64,000 nucleotides of DNA from an uncultured Spirochaetota bacterium (GCA_963820525.1 CAWGAA010000001.1:3104001-3168000), one strand, 5' to 3'. Counted from the stretch's first letter, positions 18,941 to 28,617 are shown. Numbers and translations: made by a program. The notes: a model not told the origin generated them from the letters alone.

Positions 18941-19872
18941 CCCAGTATCCGCCTCTCTCTCCGCCGCATGAGGTATTGCGCCGTCAGTCCCACCACGAGC
19001 ACGAGCAGGAACAGGGCGACCGATGCCGCGGCGCCGTAGCCCTGCCGCATCGCGACGGAGGTGGGGTTAGCCGTCTGGCGTCCGAAGGCAAGGGCGTACA
19101 CCCAGATGCCGAGGACCTGCGTGCCGTTGGTCACCCCTTTCATGACGAGGAGCAGCTGCCACGCCTGGAGAGACCCGATGATCGCCAAGAGCAGGTTGGT
19201 GTTCAGGCTGGGCGTCAGCAGGGGATAGGTGATATGGCGGAAGGCCTCCCACCCCGTGGCGCCGTCGATCCGCGCCGACTCGATGAGCTCGTTGGGGATG
19301 GTCTGAAGACCTCCCAGGAAGATGATCATCGTGATCCCCATGTTGGCCCAGATCTGCACCCAGATGACCCAGCTGAAGGCCTGGAGGGGAGGTCCGCCCA
19401 GGAACTCGCTTCTGCCGCCGAGCAGCCCGAGGAGCTTCGCCGCCGGGCCGCCCAGGGGGTAGAGGAACAGGGTCCACATGAGGCCCACGATGGTCACGCC
19501 GAGGATGACGGGCAGAAAGAAGAGCGTGCGGAAAAAGTTCGTGCCTTTCAGCCGCTGGTTGAGAAGCACGGCGACCAGGAGCCCGAACGCGGTCTGTACC
19601 ACCGTCACGACGAGGGAGAACTCCAGGGTCCGCACGAAGATGTCCCGGTTGTCCCGGACGTTGGCGCCCATGAGGAGGAACTCCTTGTAGTTGTCCAGCC
19701 CGATCCAGCGGATGGGAGTGCCCAGAAGGCCGGAGGCGTCGGTGAATGAGAGGGCCGCGGTGGCCAGTGACGGGCCGAGCGATACGAAAAAATAGAAGAA
19801 GATCCCGGGGAGCATGAGCAGGTACGGAGCCAGCCGGGTCCGCCTGCTTCCGAAATGGTAAACCGATCTCAT
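18937..19872 (-). CDS. Carbohydrate ABC transporter permease (MalF-like)
   Basis: WIGLDNY, ELIESARIDGA, GYGAAAS. Confidence 0.93.
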   Translation of the reverse strand: MRSVYHFGSRRTRLAPYLLMLPGIFFYFFVSLGPSLATAALSFTDASGLLGTPIRWIGLDNYKEFLLMGANVRDNRDIFVRTLEFSLVVTVVQTAFGLLVAVLLNQRLKGTNFFRTLFFLPVILGVTIVGLMWTLFLYPLGGPAAKLLGLLGGRSEFLGGPPLQAFSWVIWVQIWANMGITMIIFLGGLQTIPNELIESARIDGATGWEAFRHITYPLLTPSLNTNLLLAIIGSLQAWQLLLVMKGVTNGTQVLGIWVYALAFGRQTANPTSVAMRQGYGAAASVALFLLVLVVGLTAQYLMRRRERRILG

Positions 19873-19904
19873 CGTTTCGTTCCTTCGCGGAAGCGCTTGG
19901 AAGC

Positions 19905-19934
19905 GAGGCTTCCCGGCATGGGCCGGGAAGCCTC
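19905..19934. promoter_or_regulatory. Perfect 13-bp stem-loop between binding-protein and permease genes
   Basis: GAGGCTTCCCGGC-atgg-GCCGGGAAGCCTC. Confidence 0.65.
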
Positions 19935-19959
19935 ATTGTCAATGATAGCGGAGATGCGC

Positions 19960-21249
19960 CTACTTCGACGCCTTGAGACCGGCGTCAAGGTCTGCCTGGG
20001 CCTGGGCGGCCATTTTTTTGGGGTCGTCCCACTGGTTGAAAGGCTTGAAGAACGCGGCATTGGGCTGCGCCCACTGTCCGGTTCCCTTGGGCTGCACCCA
20101 GAGCAGCTCGTAGCCCAGGCGGAAGTTGGCGAGGTACGGCGCCACTTCCTTGCCGAGGGTGGTTCCGAGCTTGGCGGTGGGCTGGGTCGGCATGATGCCG
20201 GTCGCGTTGACATACGCCTGATAGTTTTCGGGCTGGGAGAAGAACGCCAGCCATTTCAGCGCCGCGTCCTTGTTCGCCGTCTTCGCTGCCACAACCCAAC
20301 CCACGTCGTATTTTCCGGCCAGATATTTGTTGTCGTTGGGGTTGTCGCTGCCCGGCATGGGGAAGTAGCCGTAGTTCAGCTTGGGGTTGGCGCTTTCGAT
20401 TGCGGGCGCGTCCCACGAACCCGCCGGAAGCATGGCCGCCGCGCCGGAAGCGAAGCGCCCCGGGGCGCCGTCAAAGGAGATGCCGCTTGCGCCCTGCTCG
20501 ATCATGTCCCGCGCCATGACCTGCATCTTCTTCCACATGTCGAGGGACTTCGCGTCGTTCCACTTCGCCGTGCCCGTCCACAGCCCCTTCACCAGGGCCG
20601 CCTGGTCGGGGTACTGGGCAACGAGGATTCCATAGCCGGCCACCAGGACGGGCCAGCCGTCCTTGCCGCCCGCCGTCATCGCGCTCACGCCGTTTTTCTT
20701 GAAGGTGTTGCAGGCCGCCACAAGCTCGTTCCAGGTCTTGGGGACTTTCACGCCGTACTTGGCGAACAGGTCCTTGTTGTAGAACACGCCGGTGAACGCA
20801 TAGCGTCCCGTGTTGACCTCGTACACCCTGCCGTTGAACGAGCCGGCGTCCTTGACCGCGGACGCATCGTAGTACTTCAGGAAGGGCTGGCCGGTAAGGT
20901 CCATCAGCATCCCCGCCTCGATCAGGGTCTGCCAGTTCGGCTTGTCCGCGTTCTTCATGAAGGGCTGAATGCCTTGAGCGAACCCGAACATGTCGATGAC
21001 ATCCACGTCGTTCGCCGTGAGGCGCGTCTGGGTGGAAGTAGCCAGCTCGTCCGCCTTCACCACCGACGTGTTGACGCTGATGTCGGGGTACTGGGCCTGG
21101 AACTTCGTGTTGAAGGCGGTGATGTAGTCCACCAGGGGCGCGTTCTGGTGGATCAGGAGCTCCAGCGTCACCTTCTTGCCCTGGCCGAATGCCAGGCAGG
21201 GAAGGACCAGGAGCAGGACGATCGCGAGAAAGAGCCACCTCTTCTTCAT
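19960..21249 (-). CDS. Sugar ABC transporter substrate-binding protein
   Basis: Signal peptide MKKRWLF...LAFG, FYNKDLF...PKTWNEL, FASGAAAM; AAGGAGG RBS. Confidence 0.92.
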   Translation of the reverse strand: MKKRWLFLAIVLLLVLPCLAFGQGKKVTLELLIHQNAPLVDYITAFNTKFQAQYPDISVNTSVVKADELATSTQTRLTANDVDVIDMFGFAQGIQPFMKNADKPNWQTLIEAGMLMDLTGQPFLKYYDASAVKDAGSFNGRVYEVNTGRYAFTGVFYNKDLFAKYGVKVPKTWNELVAACNTFKKNGVSAMTAGGKDGWPVLVAGYGILVAQYPDQAALVKGLWTGTAKWNDAKSLDMWKKMQVMARDMIEQGASGISFDGAPGRFASGAAAMLPAGSWDAPAIESANPKLNYGYFPMPGSDNPNDNKYLAGKYDVGWVVAAKTANKDAALKWLAFFSQPENYQAYVNATGIMPTQPTAKLGTTLGKEVAPYLANFRLGYELLWVQPKGTGQWAQPNAAFFKPFNQWDDPKKMAAQAQADLDAGLKASK

Positions 21250-21278
21250 TTCTCCCTCCTTGTAGGATTTGGATTCAA

Positions 21279-21303
21279 TTAGTTCGTTTCCGATACGAAC
21301 TAA
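21279..21303. promoter_or_regulatory. ROK/XylR-type operator palindrome
   Basis: TTAGTTCGT-ttccgat-ACGAACTAA, perfect 9-bp arms, between the promoter and the RBS. Confidence 0.8.
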
Positions 21304-21307
21304 CCTG

Positions 21308-21335
21308 ATATTACCATACATCTCCCTTTTGTCAA
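21308..21335 (-). promoter_or_regulatory. sigma70 promoter of the glucan utilisation operon
   Basis: Minus strand TTGACA-16 bp-(TGG)TAATAT. Confidence 0.65.
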
Positions 21336-21513
21336 GTGAAACTTTCAAGGCGAGCGGGGAGCCATGGCGCCGCCGGAGGGGGCGGCGTTCCCGCCTTGAC
21401 GCCCTGCACGATCGCGGCGCCCTCCCCGTGAGATACGGCGCGCCCGCCACGACACGCGGCACGGTTCTCGTGAAACGCGGCGCCCGGGATGCGGCGTGCG
21501 GCGCCCCCGCCTC

Positions 21514-21542
21514 TTGCAGGATGGGTGCTTTCCTCATAAGCT
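21514..21542 (+). promoter_or_regulatory. Candidate promoter of the ROK gene
   Basis: TTGCAG-17 bp-TAAGCT. Confidence 0.35.
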
Positions 21543-21574
21543 GTCGGGCAGAACGATTCGCGCACGAGCTTGGT

Positions 21575-22735
21575 ATGGCGAATAAGATAAACGAAATCAA
21601 TACTTCCCGCGTTCTTCAGAAACTCTGGTACAGCAAGGGAATCAGCCGTGCCGACATCTCCCGGGAGCTGGGGCTGGGCAAGTCCACGATAACCAAGATC
21701 ATGAACGTGCTTCTCGCGCGCAATCTGGTGAAGATCGTTCGGGGAGGGCAGTCGGGACCCAGCGGCGGACGCAGGCCGCTGCACCTGATGATCAATGGCC
21801 AATACGGATACATCCTCGGGCTGGAGATCCAGACCGAGTTCTTCAAGGCCGTCGCGGTGGACCTTTTGGGCGAGATCATCTTTTCCCATTCCCAACCCAT
21901 CTCGTTTTCCCAAAAGAGCATCGTCTCCACCTTCCTCAAGGTGATGCGGACGCTGAAGGGCAAGATGCGCGCCATCGATCTCCCTCTTATTGGAATCGGC
22001 GTCGGGATCGCCGGGATCATCGACCCGTTCCAGGGCGTCATCGTTCAGTCAAACCCTCTGAACATCGACAGGCAGGTCCGCTTCTACGACGAGATCGCGG
22101 GCGCCCTGGAGGCTCCCGTGCTGATCGAGAACGACGCCAACTGCTGCTGCTGGGGCGAGCTCGCTTTCCGCAAGACCGAGAGGCACAATAACTTCGTCTT
22201 TGTGCTGGGAGAGTTCCGCCGGGGACGCACCTTGAGCTCGGAGTATTGGGGCATCGCCGTCGGGCTGGGCTTCGTGCTCAACGGCAAGGTGTACCACGGG
22301 CAGGAGTTCTCCGCGGGGGAGTTTCAGAGCATCCTCTGGGACGCCTCGAACCACGGTCAATTCTCGGTCACCGATGAGGAGTCCAAGCGGATAAAGAAGG
22401 ACAAGAAAGTGCTTCGCAAGGTGATCACGGAGCTTTCATCGCACGTCGGATTCCTCGTGAACACCCTCAACCTCAAGTCCGTAGTGATCGGGGGACAGAT
22501 CAGCGAGTACAAGGAAGATGTCTTTCGGATCCTCGACGCGGAGGTCCAGAAGAACTGGTCATACCCGAACCGTGTGGAGTGCTCCATCGAGTTCGCGGTT
22601 CTTGGAGACATGGCGGTCGCCTACGGGGCGGCGGGAATGTTCCTGGAGAGGTTCTTTTCCATCCCCGAGGTCATCGAATCTCCTGCCCGCGCAACTCCAT
22701 CAATGGTCGGCGCGCTTCGGGCGCTCAGGCGCTGA
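21575..22735 (+). CDS. ROK family transcriptional repressor
   Basis: N-terminal HTH (ISRADISRELGLGKSTIT), SGGRRP, GIGVGIAG, IENDANC, AGEF; divergent from the ABC operon. Confidence 0.9.
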   Translation: MANKINEINTSRVLQKLWYSKGISRADISRELGLGKSTITKIMNVLLARNLVKIVRGGQSGPSGGRRPLHLMINGQYGYILGLEIQTEFFKAVAVDLLGEIIFSHSQPISFSQKSIVSTFLKVMRTLKGKMRAIDLPLIGIGVGIAGIIDPFQGVIVQSNPLNIDRQVRFYDEIAGALEAPVLIENDANCCCWGELAFRKTERHNNFVFVLGEFRRGRTLSSEYWGIAVGLGFVLNGKVYHGQEFSAGEFQSILWDASNHGQFSVTDEESKRIKKDKKVLRKVITELSSHVGFLVNTLNLKSVVIGGQISEYKEDVFRILDAEVQKNWSYPNRVECSIEFAVLGDMAVAYGAAGMFLERFFSIPEVIESPARATPSMVGALRALRR

Positions 22736-22829
22736 TCCCGGGTTCGACCCATTGTCGACTCACCCCCTTGACGCCGGGGTATGATATGCAATCAGATCAA
22801 AAGAGACCGGCGACAAGCGGAAAGGGCGC

Positions 22830-24599
22830 ATGGCGAAAGCGGCTGGCAAACATCGACGAACGGAGGCTCGTTCCCTTGCGGAAACGGTTCGCTCGATTCT
22901 GGCCGGCCCGGATCAGGAAGCACTTCGGCGGGTAATCGAAAAATCAATCGCGGTGAGCTCCGGCAAGGGGGGTGTTGGAAAGACCATCACCGCCTGCAAC
23001 CTGGCCATCCACTATGCCCGCAAGGGCCTGCGCGTCGGTCTGGTCGACCTCGACCCTCTCTCCGACGTTGCGTCTCTGCTCGACCTCCATGAATCCGAAC
23101 AGGCCCTGTCGGAATCCGAAAGCGACGGACAGAACGCAGGCGATGGTCTGGAGGCGAACCTTCTTCCCGTTTTCAAGAGCCTGGAGATCGTATTCCCTTT
23201 CCAGAAGCTGGCAGATGAGCAGGCACGGAGCCTGATCGAGAAGCTCTACAGCCGGTTTCTCAAGGAGCTCGATGCTCGGTTCAACGTGCTTCTCTTCGAC
23301 ATGCCCGCGGGAATGCGCTACGACGACAACCTCGCCTACATTCCATTCATGAAGCGCTTGATTCTGGTGACAAACCCCGAGCCGACGGCGCACGCCTCCG
23401 CCGGAGCCTACGCCAAGGAAGTCCAGCGGCTCTTCCCCGGCACAACGATCCACATCTGGCACAATCGCTACTCCGCGAACCTGAAAGAGGGATTTCATCC
23501 CAGCGACGTCGCCGGGAACTACAACCGCTTCGTCGACCCGGCGGACCAGTTGACCGCCCAGGAGCAGACCCTGCTCAAGGATTTCGCCTTTGTCCCTGAA
23601 GATCCTGCCCTCGATCTCCTGCAGGGGGAGCCCAGCCCGGCAATCCACACATTGAAGTGCATGAGGGACAGCCTGGACCACGTTCACGGGAGGCTGCTCT
23701 CCCAGGCAGCACGGAAACTGCAAGTTCCCCACCCGCTTCGCAGCCTCGTCACGTTCTATGTCCACCGCCATCCGAAAATCGACAAGCCCTCCGAGTACAT
23801 CGCGAGTCTCGCCGAGTATATCGCAGGCGTTGTCGCGGCAATTGCCAAAGACACCGCACAGATGGCAGGCGGAAACTCGGGGTCTGGGGACGGGCTTCAA
23901 GTCTTCTCCCCGGAGGAGAAGAGCGCCATCGAGGGGTTCCTAACCAGGATCAAGGCAAGCGGGCTGCGCCGCGAGCTCCTCCAGCTGCAGGAGCTTTTAT
24001 CCGAGAAGGCCAGACGGATGGAGGAAGCCCGCGGCACGTTCACGAGCGGCTTGCCCGTGAACCAGGACAATTCGGTGGACCGCGATATCGGCCGCCTCCT
24101 TGTTGTGCTGAACAAGGCGGCGCGGGGAAACGCTGTGCTGCGAAGCCATGGCGTACTGCTTCTGTTTCACTTCTCCCTGTACAAGCTGTTCCAGTCCAAG
24201 ACGCTGCTGCGGCTGCTCCATGACCTGATTCCGCGAAAGACAAACCGCCAGGGAAAGAAGGTGCGGGACCGCTTCCGCCAGATCCAGATCCTCGTGGAAG
24301 GAGATCCCGAGTATCGGGCGAGCTATCTGAAGACGATGCGAAGCCTTTTCACGATCGTCCGGCGTCAGCTCGTTTCGATTGCGGAGGCGTTGGAGCTTTC
24401 GGACCTCGTCCTCCTTGACGGCGAGTCCCGGGTAGACAGCCGCTCCTATGTGAAGCTTCTCACCGCGTTCCTGCACGAAACGCTGTACAGCGGGCTGAGC
24501 GTCATCGTCGGGTTCGACTACCGGTCCACCGCGATCTCATTCCGAAGCGCCGCGGACAGGCTGCTGGCGACGATACGACCGGCAGTAGGGAGCGGGTAG
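22830..24599 (+). CDS. MinD/FlhG/ParA-family ATPase with long C-terminal extension
   Basis: SSGKGGVGKT deviant Walker A, VDLD, FDMPAG, NPEPTA; about 320 aa unassigned C-terminus. Confidence 0.78.
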   Translation: MAKAAGKHRRTEARSLAETVRSILAGPDQEALRRVIEKSIAVSSGKGGVGKTITACNLAIHYARKGLRVGLVDLDPLSDVASLLDLHESEQALSESESDGQNAGDGLEANLLPVFKSLEIVFPFQKLADEQARSLIEKLYSRFLKELDARFNVLLFDMPAGMRYDDNLAYIPFMKRLILVTNPEPTAHASAGAYAKEVQRLFPGTTIHIWHNRYSANLKEGFHPSDVAGNYNRFVDPADQLTAQEQTLLKDFAFVPEDPALDLLQGEPSPAIHTLKCMRDSLDHVHGRLLSQAARKLQVPHPLRSLVTFYVHRHPKIDKPSEYIASLAEYIAGVVAAIAKDTAQMAGGNSGSGDGLQVFSPEEKSAIEGFLTRIKASGLRRELLQLQELLSEKARRMEEARGTFTSGLPVNQDNSVDRDIGRLLVVLNKAARGNAVLRSHGVLLLFHFSLYKLFQSKTLLRLLHDLIPRKTNRQGKKVRDRFRQIQILVEGDPEYRASYLKTMRSLFTIVRRQLVSIAEALELSDLVLLDGESRVDSRSYVKLLTAFLHETLYSGLSVIVGFDYRSTAISFRSAADRLLATIRPAVGSG

Positions 24600-27563
24600 G
24601 TGCCGATCCCGGATACGTGCATCATTACGGCTTCGGATGAGCGGCAGGCAGGCGTTTTTCGCGCTCTCCTCGGGCGGCGGATCGATCGAGGCCTGTACCC
24701 GCGCGAGATCGACTTCCGGGTGTATTCGGATCCTCCCGCCGGCAGAGCCGGATCAGGGGGAGCTACGATCTGGGCGCTTGTGAGCCTTCTGCGCGACGAA
24801 GGGCTGGACCTCACAAAGGGCTGTGAGATGAGCGGCGTCGAGGAAGCGCTCGAGCGGCTTGCGTCGCGACGCATTCTGGTGATCCACGCGGGCGGGGAAG
24901 CGCGCCGACTTCCTTCGTATATACCCGAAGGGAAGATTTTCGCCCCCGTGCCTGCCGCTTCCAGCTCGCTCCTCCCGCCGGTTGTGCTGGATGTCGAGCT
25001 GTCACTCTTCCTGAGATATCCCTGGAGAGACGGAGAGCTGCTCGTCACCTCGGGTGACGCGGTGGTCGACTTCAACACCGTCCTGCTGAACCTCCCGGAG
25101 GCGCCGCTGTGCGGCTTCTCCGCACCCCAAAGCTTCGAGCGGGGATCGCGTCACGGCGTGTTCGCATTTGATCCTCGCTCGGGAGCCGTGCGCGACTACC
25201 ACCAGAAAGCCTCGCCCGAGTTCCTTGGGCGCGAAGCGAGGATTGAAGGCACAGAGTCCTGTGCAGTCGACCTCGGTCCCGTATCTTTCCGCGCAGAAGC
25301 GCTCCGGGCCCTTCTTTCAAGCGCGGCGACGCCGCTTCCCGGCGGCAGCATCGCGGAGCGTATAGGCAGGGGAGGGCTGCCGCTCGATCTCTATCTCGAG
25401 CTGCTCACTGCCTGCCTGGGAAGTCTCGACAGGGAGGCCTACCTCTCGAGATTGGAAGGCAGGAGCGCGGCGCCGAAGGAAATCCTGGAACTGCTTTTCA
25501 GGTCGTTCCATCCCTGCGGTCTGTCCGGCGCGCTCGTGAGGCAGACCTCGTTCATCCACTTTGGCAGCGTTTCTGAGTTTCCCGAGGCCTGCCGTGAGCT
25601 TCAAATCCGTCAGCTGCTCCCGTTCTACGCGCTCGCCCACGAAGAGCTGGTTCCCGAGGCCGGCCCATCCATCGTCTGCTTCAACTCCTGGGACACGGAA
25701 GTGGACTCTGGCTCGGGCGGCGTGTGCGTCGAGGGCTGCCGCGGCGTAAAGATCGCCTGCGAAGGAGAGAACCTCCTTGTCGGGCTCAAGGATTTGATCC
25801 TTCCCGCGGCCCTGCCTCGGGGAATCTGCTTGGACGAGCGAAGATTTCTCGATGAAGGCACCAGGGTAACGCTCCGCCTCGTTTATCACAGGGATGACAC
25901 ATTCAAGCCGCAGCCGAAGATGGACGACCTGATCTTCTGCGGCCGCCCCCTGCCGGAGTGGCTGAGGGAGCGCAGCCTGTCCGCTGATGATATTTTCCCG
26001 ACCGGCGCCGGGAGAGATCTCTACGGGGCGGATCTGTTCGCCGCCGGCGCCGATGGGGAACGCCTTGAAGGCTATTGGCGCCCCCCCTCGAACAAAACAT
26101 CGTGGGCCGGATGGTTTCGATCGGCGCGCCGCTACTCCATCGCCGTCGCGAATTCGCTCACCGATGCCGCTGTTCGGGACTCGGAGCGTTCCGAAGCGCG
26201 CCGCAAAAAGATTGCGCACGGCATCGAGGCAGGCGGCTTCTTCGCGGTTCCTGCCATGGAGTTCACCGAGCTCGTCAACGACGGCCTGGATGTGGCCCCC
26301 CTTGTCAGGCGATGCGGCGCGACCGACGAGCCGCTTCTGAAAGCCTACCGAAGCGCCGTCCTTCGCGCGGCACGGGTTTCAGGCGTGCCGCCCGCTGACC
26401 GGGTGGAAGTGCCATTCGCGCCTCGAGCGGCGGGCGGGTCCCTGCGATGCGCGGTCAAGCTCGATCAGATCGTCTGGGCCCGCTCACCGGTGCGCCTTGA
26501 TCTGGCCGGGGGATGGACGGACACCCCGCCGTACACCAACCGCTACGGCGGCGCTGTTCTGAACGTTGCCGTGGACCTGAACGGCCAGAGCCCGATCCAG
26601 GTATTCGCGCGGCGCACGCCCGAGCCGCGGCTCACGCTGCATTCGATAGACCTTGGATCCACGGAGGTCATAACGGACACCGCCAGCTTGCGGGGCTACG
26701 AGGACCCGGGCAGCCCATTTGCCCTGCCGCGGGCCGCGCTCGTTCTCCTTGGCCTGGGTACCGGGCAGGCCGACGGTGCTCCGCTCGCCCCGGCGTTCGA
26801 AGCAGCCGGCGGCGGCCTCGAGCTGACCCTGCTCTGCGCGGTGCCGAAGGGATCGGGCCTCGGAACCTCGTCAGTTCTTGCGGGCACGATCCTGGCTGCG
26901 CTGGAGCGTTTCTACGGCATTGCCGCGCCGCGCGACGAGCTTTTCCTGCAGGTCCTCGAGATGGAGCAGATGCTCACCACGGGCGGCGGCTGGCAGGACC
27001 AGATCGGCGGCCTCGTGGGCGGGGTCAAGTACGTCGAGTCGCGGCCGTCCCTGAAGCCGCGGCCGGTTGTCCACCAGCTCGACCCCTGGATGTTCGAATC
27101 CGCTGAATGCACGGAAAAGATGACCCTTTTCTATATCGGGGTCACCCGGCTCGCAAAAAGCATCCTCAAGGACGTGGTGGACCGGGTCAACGGCATGGGG
27201 AGGGCCTATCTGTTCACCCACGACCGCATCCGTGAGCTTGCCCGGGAGGGGCGCGATGCGATTGCGCTTCGTGACCTGGGGCGCCTCTCCCGCGTCATCG
27301 CCGAATCGTTTCGGGAGAACAAGCTCGTGCACGCCAGCACAACGAACGACGAGATCGAGGCGGTGATCGCCGCAACGGCTCCATTCACCTCCGGCATGAA
27401 GCTCCTGGGCGCCGGCGGGGGCGGCTTTGCGCTCTTTCTCTCTCCCGACACCTCCGCTGCCCGCTCGCTGCGCTCCCTTCTATCGGAGCGCTTTGAAAAC
27501 GACCGCGCGCGCCTCGTGGATTTTTCTCTCAACAAAGTCGGATTGGAAGTGACTGTGAGCTGA
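24600..27563 (+). CDS. fkp: Bifunctional L-fucokinase/fucose-1-phosphate guanylyltransferase
   Basis: DPPAGRAGSGGAT, IHAGG..RRLPSY..EGK, HGVF; GHMP kinase SPVRLDLAGGWTDTPP, PKGSGLGTSS, GGGWQDQ, KLLGAGGGG. Confidence 0.87.
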   Translation: MPIPDTCIITASDERQAGVFRALLGRRIDRGLYPREIDFRVYSDPPAGRAGSGGATIWALVSLLRDEGLDLTKGCEMSGVEEALERLASRRILVIHAGGEARRLPSYIPEGKIFAPVPAASSSLLPPVVLDVELSLFLRYPWRDGELLVTSGDAVVDFNTVLLNLPEAPLCGFSAPQSFERGSRHGVFAFDPRSGAVRDYHQKASPEFLGREARIEGTESCAVDLGPVSFRAEALRALLSSAATPLPGGSIAERIGRGGLPLDLYLELLTACLGSLDREAYLSRLEGRSAAPKEILELLFRSFHPCGLSGALVRQTSFIHFGSVSEFPEACRELQIRQLLPFYALAHEELVPEAGPSIVCFNSWDTEVDSGSGGVCVEGCRGVKIACEGENLLVGLKDLILPAALPRGICLDERRFLDEGTRVTLRLVYHRDDTFKPQPKMDDLIFCGRPLPEWLRERSLSADDIFPTGAGRDLYGADLFAAGADGERLEGYWRPPSNKTSWAGWFRSARRYSIAVANSLTDAAVRDSERSEARRKKIAHGIEAGGFFAVPAMEFTELVNDGLDVAPLVRRCGATDEPLLKAYRSAVLRAARVSGVPPADRVEVPFAPRAAGGSLRCAVKLDQIVWARSPVRLDLAGGWTDTPPYTNRYGGAVLNVAVDLNGQSPIQVFARRTPEPRLTLHSIDLGSTEVITDTASLRGYEDPGSPFALPRAALVLLGLGTGQADGAPLAPAFEAAGGGLELTLLCAVPKGSGLGTSSVLAGTILAALERFYGIAAPRDELFLQVLEMEQMLTTGGGWQDQIGGLVGGVKYVESRPSLKPRPVVHQLDPWMFESAECTEKMTLFYIGVTRLAKSILKDVVDRVNGMGRAYLFTHDRIRELAREGRDAIALRDLGRLSRVIAESFRENKLVHASTTNDEIEAVIAATAPFTSGMKLLGAGGGGFALFLSPDTSAARSLRSLLSERFENDRARLVDFSLNKVGLEVTVS

Positions 27564-27564
27564 G

Positions 27565-28617
27565 ATGAACATGTACGCACCTCTTGGGCGGCCTTCGCTC
27601 TGGTGGCGGGCTCTTCGATACCATTTCGTTCCCCCCAGTTTCCTGCCGGCCGCGCTGGGGGCCGTGGTTGCCTGGGCGATAACGGGAAAGTTCTTCCTTG
27701 GATACTATGTCGTGGTGATGCTCGCCGTGACGTTGAACCACATTGCGCTCAACATGACCGACGATTACTACGACTTCATGCATTCCGTGGATCAGGCCTC
27801 GGGCCGCGAGAGAAACCCCTATTCCGGCGGCAGCGGCCTTCTCACCTCCGGCGCGCTGAAACCCGCAAGCATGCGCCTCGCCTTCCTCAGCCTGTACCTG
27901 TTCGCGTGCGCCGCCGGTGTCTACCTGACGGTGACCCGCGGCTGGCCCGTGCTTGCGTTCGGGCTTGTTGGCGTGCTGTGCGCGTACTTCTACACGGCGC
28001 CGCCCATCCGCTATGCCTACCGCGGCTTTGGCGAGGTCTCCCAGCTCGTCAACTTCAGCCTTACCATCGGCCTGGGGTCCTACTTCGTACAGGCGCAGGC
28101 GCTTTCCTGGGAGGCAGTGCTGGCAGTTCTGCCTCTCGGCCTGATGATGTTCTCCATGATCACCATCAACGAGATTCCCGACGCGCACGACGACGGGGCG
28201 GGAGGCAAGCGGACGCTGGTGGTGCGCTTCGGAAGGCCGGCGGCCGTATGGCTGTACGGCGCCGGGCTCGCGATTGCCTATCTCGTCATCCTCGTCTCCC
28301 CTCTCGTCGGCCTGGCAACCTACTGGATCTTTCTCGGTCTCCTCACTCTCCCCTGGTCCATAAGAGCGTTCGCCGTGCTTCGGAAAAACTTCACGAACCC
28401 CGCGGCCATGTCCCCGGCGAACATGCTCACCATCCGCGCGCACAACCTGACCGGGCTCCTGCTGATTGCGGCATACATCATCAGGGGAGCCGTGGGGCAG
28501 CGCCCCTTGCGGCAGATGGCGATCCCCCTTGTCCTCCTCCTGGTCCTGTATTTTCCGGTGGCAGTCACGATATTCCTCCCACCACGCGGCCTGCATCCTC
28601 GCGAGGGCATGGATTGA
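27565..28617 (+). CDS. UbiA-family prenyltransferase, MenA-like
   Basis: NMTDDYYDF, YTAPPIRYAYRGFGE, NEIPD..DD...GKRTLVVR; polytopic. Confidence 0.85.
   Translation: MNMYAPLGRPSLWWRALRYHFVPPSFLPAALGAVVAWAITGKFFLGYYVVVMLAVTLNHIALNMTDDYYDFMHSVDQASGRERNPYSGGSGLLTSGALKPASMRLAFLSLYLFACAAGVYLTVTRGWPVLAFGLVGVLCAYFYTAPPIRYAYRGFGEVSQLVNFSLTIGLGSYFVQAQALSWEAVLAVLPLGLMMFSMITINEIPDAHDDGAGGKRTLVVRFGRPAAVWLYGAGLAIAYLVILVSPLVGLATYWIFLGLLTLPWSIRAFAVLRKNFTNPAAMSPANMLTIRAHNLTGLLLIAAYIIRGAVGQRPLRQMAIPLVLLLVLYFPVAVTIFLPPRGLHPREGMD

Noticed and set aside
21336..21510. GC-rich spacer with repeated cgcggcgccc words as a possible riboswitch or sRNA
   Set aside because: No recognisable aptamer consensus; would need an Rfam covariance search
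22736..22770. GGTTCGACCC resembling a tRNA T-loop or att site
   Set aside because: No cloverleaf, acceptor stem or integrase nearby
24590..24610. In-frame TAG directly followed by the fkp GTG (possible amber read-through or pyrrolysine fusion)
   Set aside because: A GGGAG RBS precedes the GTG and both proteins look complete; ordinary translational coupling explains it
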